From Eledone cirrhosa (Eukaryota): DNA of 64,000 nucleotides. This document shows, piece by piece, positions 50,281 through 64,000 of the stretch; position 1 is the first letter of the stretch, and every line of letters starts with the position of its first letter. The notes below the pieces were generated by a model. It saw nothing but the letters and a program-made list of their open reading frames with translations. It made no database searches and had not been told where the DNA came from. The stretch lies in NCBI GenBank assembly GCA_964016885.1, contig OZ024746.1:70928001-70992000 (forward strand). Direction: 5' to 3'. The position numbers and the translations under genes were made by a program.

Positions 50281-50574
50281 CCTGTCTTGCGACCATGATG
50301 TCTGTGCGGCTGTTTGAGTCACTCAGCATAAAAAAGAGCAAACTATAACAACACCACCACCACCACCACCAACAACAACAACAAGATGGTTGCTGCTACT
50401 AAGAGTTGCTGAAGAACACCTTGATCACTTCCTTTTGATGACTGACCAATGACATTTCAGATCTACGGCGGAGTGGTGGTAGCTATTGGTTATGATGAAG
50501 TGATTTTTGTTGTTCAACTAACACTTTTGTGTAACTGGCTCTCACCTATGGCATCACTATCATCATATGAAGGG

Positions 50575-50790
50575 TGGTGGATTGGCAGTAGCGGTAGAGG
50601 GTCGGACGCCATGCTTTGCAGTATAGAGTTACGGCCCTTTATGATCTGAGTTCAAATCTCGCCGAGGTTAACTTTTCCTTTCATCCTTACGGGGTCGATA
50701 AAATAAAGTACCAGTCACGCACTGGGGTCGATTTAATCGACTTTGCCCTCCCCCAAATTTGCTGGCCTTGTGCCTATATAAGAAACCACT
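50575..50790 (+). mobile_element. SINE family C, near full length
   Basis: tggattggcagtagcggtagagggtcggacgcc...gagttcaaatctc...ctggccttgtgcc. Confidence 0.85.
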
Positions 50791-50799
50791 ATCATCTTA

Positions 50800-51063
50800 T
50801 GATAATAATAATAATAATGAAATTATTGTGTAAAGTGCTCAGGTGCACTACAACTCGTCAAAGGTGTATGTATAGTACATAGAATAATACACAAATGTCA
50901 GGGAAGTGAACAGTGTATGAGTCATGGTATACATGTGGGTATGTGTATGGAGAGGGAACATTAGCTGTAGTGTTGGCGGATCTCGGGAAGCATGGAGGCC
51001 TTAAAGGATGCAGTGTCTCGACAGCTAACAGCTGATGCAGGTAGTTTGCTCCATGCTTCAGCA
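50800..51063 (-). mobile_element. CR1-type 3' end fragment (same family as 33247-34267)
   Basis: AEAWSKLPASAVSCRDTASFK matches VEAWNKILASIVSCRDTASFK; (AAT)n tail. Confidence 0.8.
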
Positions 51064-52607
51064 ATGATGATAGTGGGACCCCATTTGCTCATAATACAGA
51101 GAGATAGGGAGGGCGAGAGAGATGGGGAGGGCGGTAGAGATGGAGGCGATGACAGAGGGAGTTCAGTTCTTCCGTTTGGACACATTTATGAGACTGTAGA
51201 TTTTATGAAACAACTGTACCATTGAGATACACACTCATGTTTACAGAAAATCTCCCTCTCCCTAAATCATTGTATGATCACCCCACCAACATCATCATCA
51301 TTGTCATCACATCACCATCATCACATCATCATCTCCATCATCAGGTTCTTCAGCAGCATCATCATCATCATCATCATCATCATTATTGTCATCAACACTA
51401 CTACCTTCATCATTGTCAGTACCACTACCATCATCATCACCATTAGGATCATCACCTTCATCACCATCATGGTTATCACCATCACACCACCACCACCATC
51501 ATATCATCAGGTACATCATCATCATCAGAAGCATCCATATCTTAAGTATCATAAATATTAATATCACTACCACTACCTTTACTACAGCCAATACCACCAC
51601 CACCACCACCACCACCACCACCACCACCAATAATATCTCCATTGACAACAAAGGGCTACTCTCTGATTCAAAGGTAGCTGCATGATGTTTGCATGCAAAC
51701 TGCAATCTTACATGACTGTGGGACATGGGCCATGATTGCAGAAGACCTGCAAAGGCGAGAAGGAAATGAAGAGAGTATACTCTGGGGTATTTGTACATGA
51801 AGAGCATAGCATAAATGAATAGAGAAAAACTCTGTACAAGAGAAAACCAGTGCAGTGTGCATGGGTATGTAATACACCTAGATAATTATTTAAAGTCTGT
51901 TTTAAGTTGAAGGCTCATTAGGCCAGTGCTTATTCCATGGTTTCCTTGGCGTTAAGCAGCTGAACATACAAGACTTTTCCTGGACAGGTTTCCAGTCTAT
52001 TGCAGGATTAACTTCCCTGCTACTGCCGGTACTCTTCTCAGCTGAGTGTACTGGAGCAACATGAAATAAAGTGTTTTGCTGAAGAATACAATACAGCACC
52101 CTGTCCGGGAATTGAACAGATGACATAACGATTGTATGTCAAGCATCCAAACCATTAGGCCATGTGGCTTCACATATGAAAGATAACAACTGTAACTGAA
52201 ACTGCCCTGTATATTCCTTCTTCATACTGCCTTGTGTCTCTGGGTTTCTACACAGTTTCCATCTACCAAATTTCACCTACAAGGCATTGTTCAAACCAAC
52301 TCAAATCAAATATCATAATCAACAGTTTGGCATCATCATTTTTCATTTGCTTTCTGTGCTGACATGTTTTAGTGTTAGGTGTTGTAAATATCTTTCCTTT
52401 TATCTATGTTTTCTAAGTAGTCACTCATCTATGTACTAAAGATAAATATTTTTGTCCCATTTGTCCCCAGAATGTCTGGTTCATTTAATTTGTAATTTGA
52501 TTTTTATATTAGTAAATGGAAGAACTTGTTTGAGGTGGGTGTTGTGTTGTTTGTAGTGTGAATTGGTTTTCTGTTGGTGTTGTGTGTTTTGTAATTTGGT
52601 GTTGTTT

Positions 52608-52812
52608 TGTGAGGTATATAATTGTTTCTACTTTTGGCACAAGGCCAGCAATTATCCCAGTGTATTACTGGTGCTTTATTTTATCGACCCCGTAAGGATG
52701 AAAGGCAAAGTTAACCTCGGCGGGATTTGAACTCAGACCATAAAGGGCCGTAACTCTTTGCTGCAAAACATGGCGTCCGACCCTCTGTCGATACTGCTGT
52801 GAGGTATATAAT
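52608..52812 (-). mobile_element. 5'-truncated SINE C with 15-bp target-site duplication
   Basis: tgtgaggtatataat at 52608-52622 and 52798-52812; the host repeat (52440-52880) is an inverted relative of 34340-34600. Confidence 0.88.
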
Positions 52813-53206
52813 GTCTCTCTGGTAGTTTAGTTTTAATTTTATTTTGGTGTCGATTTTATGGGATATATCAGTAGGGTTGCCTAGACTTGAACTTAGCAAC
52901 CCTGCAGGGACTAGAGGCCTATCCATTTTTTTTTTTTGGTATAGTTAATTGAAAGTATCAAAGGAAGGCTGAAATACCTGAAAGCCTAGGAGACTGATCC
53001 TCAGTTACTATAGATCAATATATGTGGAAAATACATATAAATACACACAGATACATCACATGATTGTTCTTTGTGACATATGAATAGTTTTGAGATTTAG
53101 CAGTAAATATCTAAAAACAGGTTTGTTAATTCAAATATTTGTAGTATCTTTACTTGTGGACTGATCATTGTGAGAATTTGCAGTATTAAAGTAAAGATTT
53201 CAATGT

Positions 53207-53432
53207 TTAACTTTTTAGCATTCACATTATTCTATATTTACTATTGTATTATCACAGAAAAGGCTTTATCTCACAGAATTATTTCACATAATATTGAATC
53301 TACGAAATTTCGTTATTTATTTTGAGAACAATGCATTAACATCTGTATGAGTGGCTAGTTATGACCAGTTATAACAGAAAGAAGTGAGAGAATTCTGGTC
53401 GGATATGGCTGGTTTAAATGTTAAAGGGTTAA
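53207..53432 (-). mobile_element. TTAA-flanked MITE (piggyBac-like)
   Basis: Ends ttaactttttagcatt / aatgttaaagggttaa; same family as 60756, 61103 and 63473. Confidence 0.7.
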
Positions 53433-53821
53433 TGTGATGCAATCATAGTGCTGTTTTGCAGTTTGCTAGAATATCTTGCTAATGAGGTTTCATGTAGTTT
53501 GTTAATTAAAATGCTTGTATCATCTTTACTAGTGAAAATTTGCAGTATTGTGAAAATTTGCAGTATTAGAGTAAAAATTTCAAGATTTAATGTGATGTTA
53601 GTTAGTGCTGTTTTGTAGTTTTCAAGAATATCTTACTAATGTGGTTTCATGTAGTACAGGACATTAAGAGTTAATGTATTTACTTATTTATTTATTCATT
53701 TTATTTATTTATTTATTTTTTATCTATTTATTTAATTGACTAATTTCCTGTTCTCTCTCTTTTTTTTTCCAGTTTGGAGTCGGTTCGCCAGGATGCCCTG
53801 CTTTGTCTCTAGAGCAGATCT

Positions 53822-54130
53822 ATGGTCAAACAAGAAGCTGGAGTTTGTCGTCCCGCCCCTACTGCTGTTAGCAGTGTTCGGAGACTCCATCACCACAGTC
53901 ACGAGCAGCAACAGCACCACCACCACCACCACCTCACCCCTCCACCACAGCCCAGCCACCACCACCACCATCACCACCACCACCACCACCATCAACAGCA
54001 GCAGCAGCAGCAGGCTCAGCAGCAGCAACATCTGCACAGATCTTCAGCTGCAGTTGCCAGCAACAGCAGCACTATGACTACAGAAGATCTAATTCAGCCA
54101 GCTCAGGTTGTGAAAGACCGATGGAAAGTG
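53822..54130 (+). CDS. TTBK: Tau-tubulin kinase (Asator-like), first coding exon (exon begins 53773)
   Basis: Acceptor tttttttccag at 53772; MTTEDLIQPAQVVKDRWKV matches the TTBK/Asator N-terminus; donor GTAAGT at 54131 (phase 0). The start may be ATG 53822 or the conserved ATG 54074. Confidence 0.85.
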
Positions 54131-54782
54131 GTAAGTTTCACCTCTGACCTGAGTAGATTACTCAGCAAGGTCCTTTCCATAAACTACCATCAACATTATA
54201 TATATGTAAATAAGCAAATAGGACTGTCAAACACATAAATCTGAATAGTTACTTCTAGAACAAACACAAAGTAATCACTGAATGTCCTTATGCGTAAATA
54301 ATACACTCTACAATCCAAAAACTAAGCCAATAATAAACAAAACACCCAGGGGATAAAACCATTGAATGCCAAACTGGTAACTATTACACTCATTAAAACA
54401 AAGCCAATTACAAACTAAATGTCTATATTAGATCCAAGACATCATCCATAATTCCTACCTCAGACATCATCCATATTTCCTGACTTGTACACCATAAATC
54501 CAACCACCAAACCACTCTAAATACCAGTATGGGAGAGACAGACTTTTACAAGCTGCAGCTGTCTTATATATAATCATCATCATCTTAGGTTTATTTTCCG
54601 TGCTGGCATGGGTTGGATGGATTGTCACGTTCTGAGAGAGAATGCTGGCTTATGGTATGAATGAAAACATTTTAGAACATTCTAAATAAGAGTTACACTA
54701 ACTTCAGAATGATTTTTCCAGATTGTAGCAGTCATGTTTGTAAGACGGACAAAAAAAAAAAAATGTAGTGTATTCATTATAA

Positions 54783-55338
54783 TATAGACTAGCAGAAAAC
54801 CACCCGGGGGGCGGTTTTCTACTAGTCTATATATCTAAAACAGAGAATGTCTGTCTGTCTGTCAGCTCACTAAAACTTGAGAACCATCCAACCGATTGTT
54901 TTCAAACTTTAGACATGTAATACTTATGGTCCTGTGAGTGTTTTGAGCAAAAATTATTTCAAATTTTCAATGCCCTAGGGACCGCATTAGGCGATTTAGC
55001 GTTCTCTCTATATAATTCTTAGTCTTTCTTTTTAGATAGATACATAGATATAACGTTGCGCACTTATATCTGTCTGTATGTCTGGCTGTCTGCATTATGA
55101 CGCGCTCAGCGCGATTCCCTCGGCCTCAGTGACCAAAGTCAGTGGAGAGGGGGAAGGTAATGTTTCTGTAGCACGTGTTTTAGCATCTATTCACTCTCTC
55201 TCTCTCCCTCTCTCCCTCCCACTATCCCCCTCTCGTAGTCTCTCTTTCTTTCACTCTCACTCTCTCTCTACGCATGTGTTTCCACTGTCGGACAGACAGA
55301 CAGAGAAATTGCTGGTTATATATATAAGTAGATTAGTA
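54783..55338. mobile_element. HINE/DINE-1-like element(s) in TTBK intron
   Basis: Terminal hairpin tatagactagcagaaaacc...ggttttctactagtctata; inverted homology to 48355-48657; (gaca)n end. Confidence 0.55.
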
Positions 55339-55385
55339 TAAAATGCTTTTAGTTATAAATTTAAGGTTTTTTTTCACATTATTTT

Positions 55386-55532
55386 GACGCATAGAGTTAC
55401 GGCCCTTGCCATTCTGAGTTCAAATCCCGCCGAGGTTAACTTTGCCTTTCATCCTTACGGGGTCGATAAAATAAAGTACCAGTAATGTACTGGGTAATTG
55501 CTGGCCTTGTGCCAATAGTAGAAACAATTATT
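55386..55532 (+). mobile_element. SINE family C
   Basis: Matches 7131-7322 in reverse. Confidence 0.85.
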
Positions 55533-55818
55533 TTATTTACATATTAATTGAACAGATAGTATAGAGTAGAGAAGGTTCTTCAGTCTTGTTGAATACATGA
55601 CAACCTCTGAAGTGCAGGTGCCATGATAAAATACACCTAGTACACTCAGTAAAGTAGTTGGCATAAGGACAGGCAATAGAAAGCCTGCCAAAATATGGAA
55701 AGTATGAACAAGCCATGGTTGTCTGACCATATCTGCTTGTCGACTGTGACAACCCACCCAACCCTTGTCAGCCTGGAAAGTGGATGTAAAATAATGATGA
55801 TGATGATTTTATACATAA

Positions 55819-56103
<285 letters not shown>

Positions 56104-56820
56104 TAGGCTCTTTTCAGGGTCTCTGAGATGGGTGAGACAGAAGGAGGAATGGGGTGCAAAAGTTGGTTATGCTCGATAGTGAGTTGACAGCTATCCTATA
56201 GTAGATACCTTCTGAGGAAGGACTAGCATCCAAAATGTTTAGACTCTTTTTCTACTGTATCATCATCATCTCCATTTTGTGTAAATTTTTCCACAGTAGC
56301 ATGGGTTAGATTAGTTGTTCAGTTGTGAGATAAGCCAGGTCAGATGATCACATCTTGCTTTTACAGAACTGATTTTGCTTTGGTTTCTATGGCTGGTTGT
56401 TCTTCCAACCAAATTTATAGCCTTTTGTCATGACAGCTACACAAACACAACCATCTTACAGTGTGGGTTGGGTGCTTTTTGTCATGACATCTATACGACC
56501 ACTTTACAGTGTGGGCTGGGCATATCTTCTTTGTACTGTATCATTTGTTGTGTTGTTTTCTGTTTAATTTTCGCATCTCTCTCTCTCTCTCCCTCTCTCT
56601 TTCTCTCTCTGTCCCTCTCTCTTTCTCTCTCTCTCTATATATATATAATAATAATAATAATGAAATTATTGTGTACAGTAATAATAATGAAATTATTGTA
56701 TCTCACATTCTATCATGTCTCCAACACTAGGGATTTCATGTCTTTGGGACAGCTGAAGAGTTAAGGATGTTAAATGATTATGATACTACTGATATATATA
56801 TATATATATATGTGTGTGTG

Positions 56821-56967
<147 letters not shown>

Positions 56968-58230
56968 TCACATATATACATATTATATGAGAGTCGCTGT
57001 TGATGTGTGTGTGTGTGTTTGTGTATTGTTATCATCATTATCAGATTTAAGAAAAATTCAATAAGTTCTTAATGATTAAAATCTAGTTTTAAGAAAATAT
57101 CCATTAAATTCTTAATTGAAATGTTAACGATCTTAGCTATCTTAATTAAAGACAAATACAGAAATATTGTCAGTAATGAGGCTGCTAGCAGATGAGATCT
57201 AGTAATTCAAAAATGTCTGATATAATAAAATTTCAGCTGGAGTGAATTATGAGATAAAATGACTAAAATAACAGGGGAGACAATTCTGAAATTTTAAATA
57301 ATGAAAATTAATTAAATATGGAATAAGTGAGAAGTGGGAGCTATAGCAGTAAAATAACAACTTTAAACATGTTTCAAGTTTATTAAAAGCTCCTCAATGG
57401 AGCGTAGGCTTAAATAATTTTAGAGAAATAAATAATTTTTTTTGGTGAATGGGGATTGAGTGGTATTTGAACTTAAAGGAATGCCTCTTGAGGACTATGG
57501 GGAATGTGTGGTGTGGGAAGGTTATACTCAGGGACACCTGCTGCATGTAAAATGGAATTTAGAGTATTTGATATAAAAAGGCAAGAAATTTTAATTTATT
57601 AAATTTATCTTGAAATATTGAAATTGAAGAAAACCTTGTAACTAAGTTGTGTTCTGTATCAAATTTAGGAAAGTTTATCTTTTACTCAAGTCCGTTGGAG
57701 CACAAAATTTAAAAGAGGAAAAAAATAGATAATAGATTAAATATGAAACATATATAACAGTTAACCAAAAAGAAAGTTTAAAATGTATATTAATTAACCC
57801 CACTGAAATATCTCCCGTGACCATATTTCTAAAAAAAAGACGCTGCTTATAGTTTTCAAACCATTTTGAAAATAATCAAGAATCTGGAGGGATTCTGTAA
57901 TATAGCTTAAGTTTCTCAGTTTTAAATTGGTGTTTAGAACACAATTTAACAAATGCTCTTACATAAAATTATGATGGAAGTCTTTTCCCATGCAAGCGTG
58001 GAATATGGACGTTAAACGATGATGATGATGATGATAAACACTAACATCACCATGTTTTTACATGCGGATGCCCTTCTTAACACCAATCTCTTCACAAAGT
58101 GCACTGGATGCATTTTATTATGACACCACCTCTAGTCAGGTTGTCAAGTCATTAACTTGACTGGAGTGCTTTCTCAACTCAAAGCTCTGTGTATGCCTCT
58201 GTCTGTGGGTGTATGTGTGTGTGTGTACAC

Positions 58231-58267
<37 letters not shown>

Positions 58268-58647
58268 TGTATTAGTGCAATTGTATCTATTTTTGTAGGA
58301 ATATTTATTTATATCACTATATAGCTGTTATAGCATGCTTGTATATATCTGCAAATAGATGTGCACACACATATGTAAATACACATATATGCCTAAGTCC
58401 CCCACCCCCCACCCCCATCTCTTTGTGTATGTGTGTGTAATATACACACGTCAAATGTTAGAAACACACACCAACATAATACCTCCTGTATTTTTAGAAC
58501 AATATTTTAGAATTTGATCTGCATTGAGAGAGAGAGAGAGAGAGAGAGTTGTATGGAATATTAAGTAATGACTTTAAAAGTTCAAGGTTGAGTGGGGTGG
58601 AGATCAATAGAGTATGTATGGTTGATAGTTACATAGGCAAGGTAGCT

Positions 58648-58684
<37 letters not shown>

Positions 58685-58718
58685 GATACCTATGTGTGTG
58701 TGTGTGTGTATAAACATA

Positions 58719-58757
<39 letters not shown>

Positions 58758-59006
58758 TTAGTATTTCATGTCCAACCCTTGCTAGCAGGGAAAACGGATG
58801 TTGAATGATGATCATTATTCTTTTAGTGATTTCCATCATTAGACTGTAGTCATGCTGGGGTACCATCTTGATTTAATTGATCATATTGACTCATTACTTA
58901 TCTTTCAAGTCTTGTACATATTTTATCAGTCTCTGTTTGTCAAGCTGCTCAGGTATGGGTCATAACCACAGGCACAGATACAAGTGTAAATATGAACATA
59001 CACACA

Positions 59007-59041
<35 letters not shown>

Positions 59042-59329
59042 TGGGCCTCTGCAGTTTGCCTTTGCCAGATTTCACTCACGAAGGTTTGGTCGACTTGAGG
59101 CTATAGTAGAAGACATTTTCCAAGGTGATAGATACATAGATTATAATATATAAATGTTAATTTTTATGATAAACTTAAATGATGCCTTTATACATATGAA
59201 ATATAATAGAAAAAAGTACTTACAGGAATCAAACCATGTATCTCTTGTATGCTGGACAACTATCTAGATCATGACTACACTAAGATGACCTGTATGACAG
59301 TTAGTGGTTTGATATAGATCTGTTCTGAC

Positions 59330-59900
59330 GTATGTCAGTAAAGAAACAGGACTGGGTTCACAAAAAATATTTCAAATCCAAACTACAAAATACCTCTTCA
59401 AAATAATCCCCCTTGAGTCTAATGCTCTTTCCCATCCTTCTTCGCCACACCTCCATGCGCTACTGGAAGGATTCTCTCGGTATTCTCTGCAGCTCTGTTG
59501 TTACAGCGCTCTTGATGACTTCCATGTCTGGAAAACAGGCTTCCTTGATAACTCTCTTGAGCTTAGGGAAAAGGAAGAAGTTTGGTTTGGTTTCAAGATG
59601 CTCAAGAATGTCCTGACAACCTGCATGCACTGTTCCTTCTGGTTATCATTCAGCAGCTTCAACGCAGATCTTCAGCATGCCCAAATCTTTGGTGATAATT
59701 TTCCAAATGCTACCGCAGCTAACTTGCAATCTGTTGAACAGTTAGCTGATAATTGCCACACACCACCTGTCTCACGCACTCAACATTGGCCTCAGTCCTG
59801 CTCATTGAAGGCCTTCTGCTCCTAGGGTATTCTTCCATGTCCTCGTGTCCCTCTTTAAACCTTTTGTGCTACTTGAAAACCTGTGAGCTGTTAAGAAAAG
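59330..59900 (-). mobile_element. Decayed mariner-like remnant
   Basis: Segments tcaaaataatcccccttgag and tcttgagcttagggaaaagg resemble reverse-complemented mariner C-terminal coding sequence; no intact ORF. Confidence 0.35.
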
Positions 59901-60266
59901 CACATGAAAAGACATACAATAACTGCAGAGAGCTGAGATCACAGTTATATACCCCTCGGATAGTACATCTCATGGTGATGCAACCTGTTAATCTCAACCC
60001 CACTCATAACTCACACAGTACACTAAGTCCTGTTACTTTTCTGACACACTTTGTACATGCTATACTTACATGAAGTATGGAAGGGCATTTTCCTGTAGAA
60101 TACTGATTAAGGTAAAAAAACAACATTTTTATCCAACCTATGCTTGTGTGAGATATCATCATTCCTACTGACACACTTTCTAATTTTCACTTGGTTCCAA
60201 TTAACCCAACATCTTTTTTTCCCTATTCATTTTTCTTCATTATTTACTAGCTGTTGTTTATTTTCC

Positions 60267-61730
60267 TTAACTCCTTTGATTCCAAACTGCCTGAAACTGC
60301 TCCTGGTTTAATGACTCTTCATTTTAAAGTGTTTATCTTTAAATCAAAACCTTCTATCATAATTTTATGAGAACCTTCTAAATAATGTTCCAAGCTTAAT
60401 AATGAAAATGTTAAACTATGTTAATAAATTACTCCAAATTGAAAATCATAAGTAATGTCTTTCACTAGAACTATGATCACAAAAGAGTTGTCGATTATCT
60501 GTTTAAAAGATCGGGTAATGAAAGTGCTAAAAGTTTATTTATTTATTAAAATAACTGCTTTTTTTCCTGAACCTTTTCGTGACCATATTTCTAATGAAAT
60601 ATATTCTGTTTCAATTAATTGATGAAAAATTTTGAAGGATTTACTAAAATTGATATTTTATTACTAAAATTGTAACTTAACCCTTTTGTTACCAACCCAG
60701 CCCAAACTGGCTCTAGTTCAATGAAATAAAACCACCCATTTTAAAGGTTTCCAATTTAACCCTTTAGCATTTAAATTGGCTGTATCCTCTTTCTGTTCAA
60801 ACCGGCCATAATCTGCTGCTCATACTTATGTTAAATCTCATAGATTTAATATTATGTGAGATAATTATGTGGAATAAAGTGTTTACCATGAAAATACAAT
60901 AGTAAATATAGAGTAATGTAAATGCTAAAGAGTTAGATTTAAATTTTCAAACATAATTTTATATAAGAACCTTACATTAAGTTACTATCTTCGTAGTGAA
61001 ATGATTAGTGATTTTAATAATGAAATAATTAATAATTTTAGTAATTTTTCATTGATTAATTGATATATTGTGTATTTCACTAGAAATACAGCCATGAAAG
61101 GGTTAACCTTTTAGCATTCACATTACTCTATATATACTATTATATTTTCATGGTAAAGACTTTACCTCACATAATATCTCACATAATATCGAATCTATAA
61201 GATTTTGAAAGTATTTATTTTGAGAACAATACCTTAACATCAGTTTGAGCGACCAGTTACAGCCAGTTTCAACAGAAAGAGGTAGAGAATTCTGGCTGGT
61301 TTTGGCCGGTTTGAACTCATGGTTTTTATATAAAATAATGTTGAAGATTTAAAATTAAACAGTAGGTGCTGTTATTGCTTTGTTGTTTAGAAATTAGCTT
61401 CTAATGCATGTAGTTTCAGGTTTAGTTCTGTTGTGTGACATCTTAGGTGAGTTTCTACTGCTAGAGCCTCAGGCTGACTTATACCTTGTGCGTAAATTTG
61501 GTAGATGGGAACTGTAAAAGCCCCTTGTTTGTATATATGTGTATGTATTAGTCTCCAGACAATTGTTAAGTTAGTGAATCTCTACCATACTGAAAAGTAT
61601 GGGTTGACATCAGAAAGGGCATCCAGCAATAGAAATTTGCTATGGATAAAGCAAGAACCTTTTAAAATGGTTGGTTTTGTTTCATAGAACCAAAACCAGC
61701 TTTGGCAGGGTTGGCATCAAAAGGGTTCAA
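60267..61730. mobile_element. Nested cluster of TTAA-type MITEs
   Basis: Multiple ttaacc(c/t)ttt / aaagggttaa termini near 60267, 60570, 60677, 60756, 61100 and 61720; two families, one also at ~43139-43372. Confidence 0.65.
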
Positions 61731-61804
61731 AGTATATTATCTATTTAAAAAAGCTTTTATGATTTTTTAAAACATTTTTTCTTTTAAATCTGCTGAGCTA
61801 ATAA

Positions 61805-62071
<267 letters not shown>

Positions 62072-63472
62072 TAAAATTATACAATACTGATTATTTACAA
62101 TATTATAATGATGAAAAGAAAAAGGTCAGAAGAAGGGGAAAACTCTATGCTCTTGGTTGGATGGTATATCTCAGCTGTACCCCATGGAAAAGATGGCAAA
62201 AGTATTGCTATAGTGAACAGCTAGCTATATCCACTGCATCAGCCATTCCACCTTACAGGGTACCTTTCTACCTCAAGCACAATGTCACTGTCCTGATTTA
62301 GTAGAGAAAAACAGCAATCTAGGGGCCAAGGATACTGGAGGTCTCCATAGCAACCAACAGAAAAAGGAAACAATCAGTCAATGTCTGTTATTTAGGGATC
62401 TTCCATTCTTCTGCATTGTGGGTGGTGACTCCCTGGTCAGTCTTTTTTTATATTTGTTTCATTCATTTATGGGAGCAAGTCATGGGTGATGAACATGGAG
62501 CAACTGAGAAGGGGGAAAAATGGAAATGAGAATGGATCAGTGGAACATCGCTGAGAGAGGGAGGAAAATGAACAACCAAAGAATTTCATAGGATGATGAG
62601 AATAGAGACAGTAATGAATATTGGGAAGAGAAATGTAATGAGCTGATTAGGTCATATGTTGTGGAAGGATGAAAGTGACTGACTGGGAAGAAAATAATCT
62701 GGAATGAAGGGGAAACCAAGAAAGACATAGATACAGATGATGGAAGATATGAAAGCCAGAGGCTTAGGGCAAAACAGAGAAGTTTGTCATGGGGCCTTCA
62801 AAGACCCTGCTCTGGTTGGGAAAATGGCCATAAAACGCTTGTGTAAAAGATGAAATGTTATTTTGAAATTTCTTTTTAGTCCTTTTTTTCTTTTTTTTTT
62901 TCTTTTAAAGAATTTCAATTAAGTATTTCTGCTGAAATATGTGCTAAAGGATTAAATACAGCCTAGTATTTCATGGTTCTTGGACATTCTGCATGGAATA
63001 TTATTGCAATTACAGCTAATTATATCTTTCGGTTCATTTCATTTCAACATTTCTTGAACACTGGGAATCTTATTTTGCAGATGACCGATTCTAAGTCTCT
63101 TCTGCTACTGAAATTTCCATATATCATTGTTATATGTTTAGTATGATTATTAATTTTAAGAGGAGGCTGGTTAAATGACTGAATCTTCAGACTGTTGGAC
63201 AAAATCATTGCAGTATTTATTCTGGCTTTTTGCATTCTTAAATCACCAATCAAGTACTGGAGTTGATTTAATGAATTTTCCCCTACCTCCAAATTGCTGG
63301 CCTTGTGCCTAAATAAACCATCAAGGCAAATGGATTGCCAGAATCAGTAGAGCATCGCACAAAAACCTTGCTGTATTTGTTTCAACTCTTTACATTTACA
63401 TTCTGATTTCAAAACATGCTGAAGTCAGCTTTACCTTTCATCCTTCTGGTGGTCGATTAAATAAAGTTCCAG

Positions 63473-63769
63473 TTAACCTTTTAGCATTTAAACCGGCCAT
63501 ATCCGGCCAGAATTCTCTCACCTCTTTTTGTTCAAACCGACTGTAACTAGTTACTCATACTGATGTTAAGGTATTGTTCTCAAAATAAATAATATCAAAA
63601 TCTCAGATTTAATATTATGTGAGATAATTATGTGAGGTAAAGCCTTTACCATGAAAAGAAAATAGTAAATATAGAGTAATGTAAATGTTATGTAAGATAA
63701 TTATGTGAGGTAAAGCTTTTACCATGAAAATATAGTAAATATAGAATAATGTAAATGCTTAAGGGTTAA
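63473..63769 (+). mobile_element. TTAA MITE inserted into a SINE C copy
   Basis: SINE sequence ataaagttccag-TTAA resumes as TTAA-gtactggggg after the MITE; termini ttaaccttttagcatt / aatgcttaagggttaa. Confidence 0.75.
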
Positions 63770-64000
63770 GTACTGGGGGTGGTATAGTCAACCCCCCCCC
63801 CCCCTTCCTTTCAAATTGCTGGCCTTGTGCCAAATGTAGGAACAATTATTATTATTGGATTGGCAGAATCATTAGTATGTCAAAAGAAATGGTTTGCAAT
63901 ATATATTCTGTTTCTTTATGTTCTGGGGTCAAATCTAGCTGTGGTCAGCTTTGTTTTTCATCCCACCAAATTTGCTGGCCTTGTGCCTCAATTAAAAACT

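Overview
AT-rich, microsatellite-laden eukaryotic (metazoan) genomic DNA, most likely an octopus/cephalopod (inferred from the dense (TA)n/(CAT)n repeats and SINE/RTE content). The only clear host gene is the 5' part of a tau-tubulin kinase (TTBK/Asator-like) on the + strand: three coding exons at 53822-54130, 55846-55993 and 61830-62044 with canonical splice sites. An 8.3-kb 21-bp minisatellite (10714-18971) reads as a mucin-like (PTTTTTA)n domain on the - strand, and its variation is biased to synonymous sites in that frame. The rest is mostly mobile DNA: a young 5'-truncated RTE LINE and a tRNA-derived SINE sharing its 3' tail, other SINEs, CR1-type and RTE fragments, a Chapaev3-like transposon, Tc1/mariner remnants, TTAA-type MITEs and HINE/DINE-1-like elements. 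The most notable hidden signal is a set of type I hammerhead ribozyme motifs with near-palindromic helix III at four loci (741-800, 28842-28906, 29952-30061, 31590-31678), plus partial or decayed copies. Two of them lie in long near-perfect palindromes embedded in (TA)n tracts, which resembles non-coding Penelope-like element ends. Most long ORFs in the supplied track (YI/YM/CV/H/T-rich) are microsatellite artefacts.
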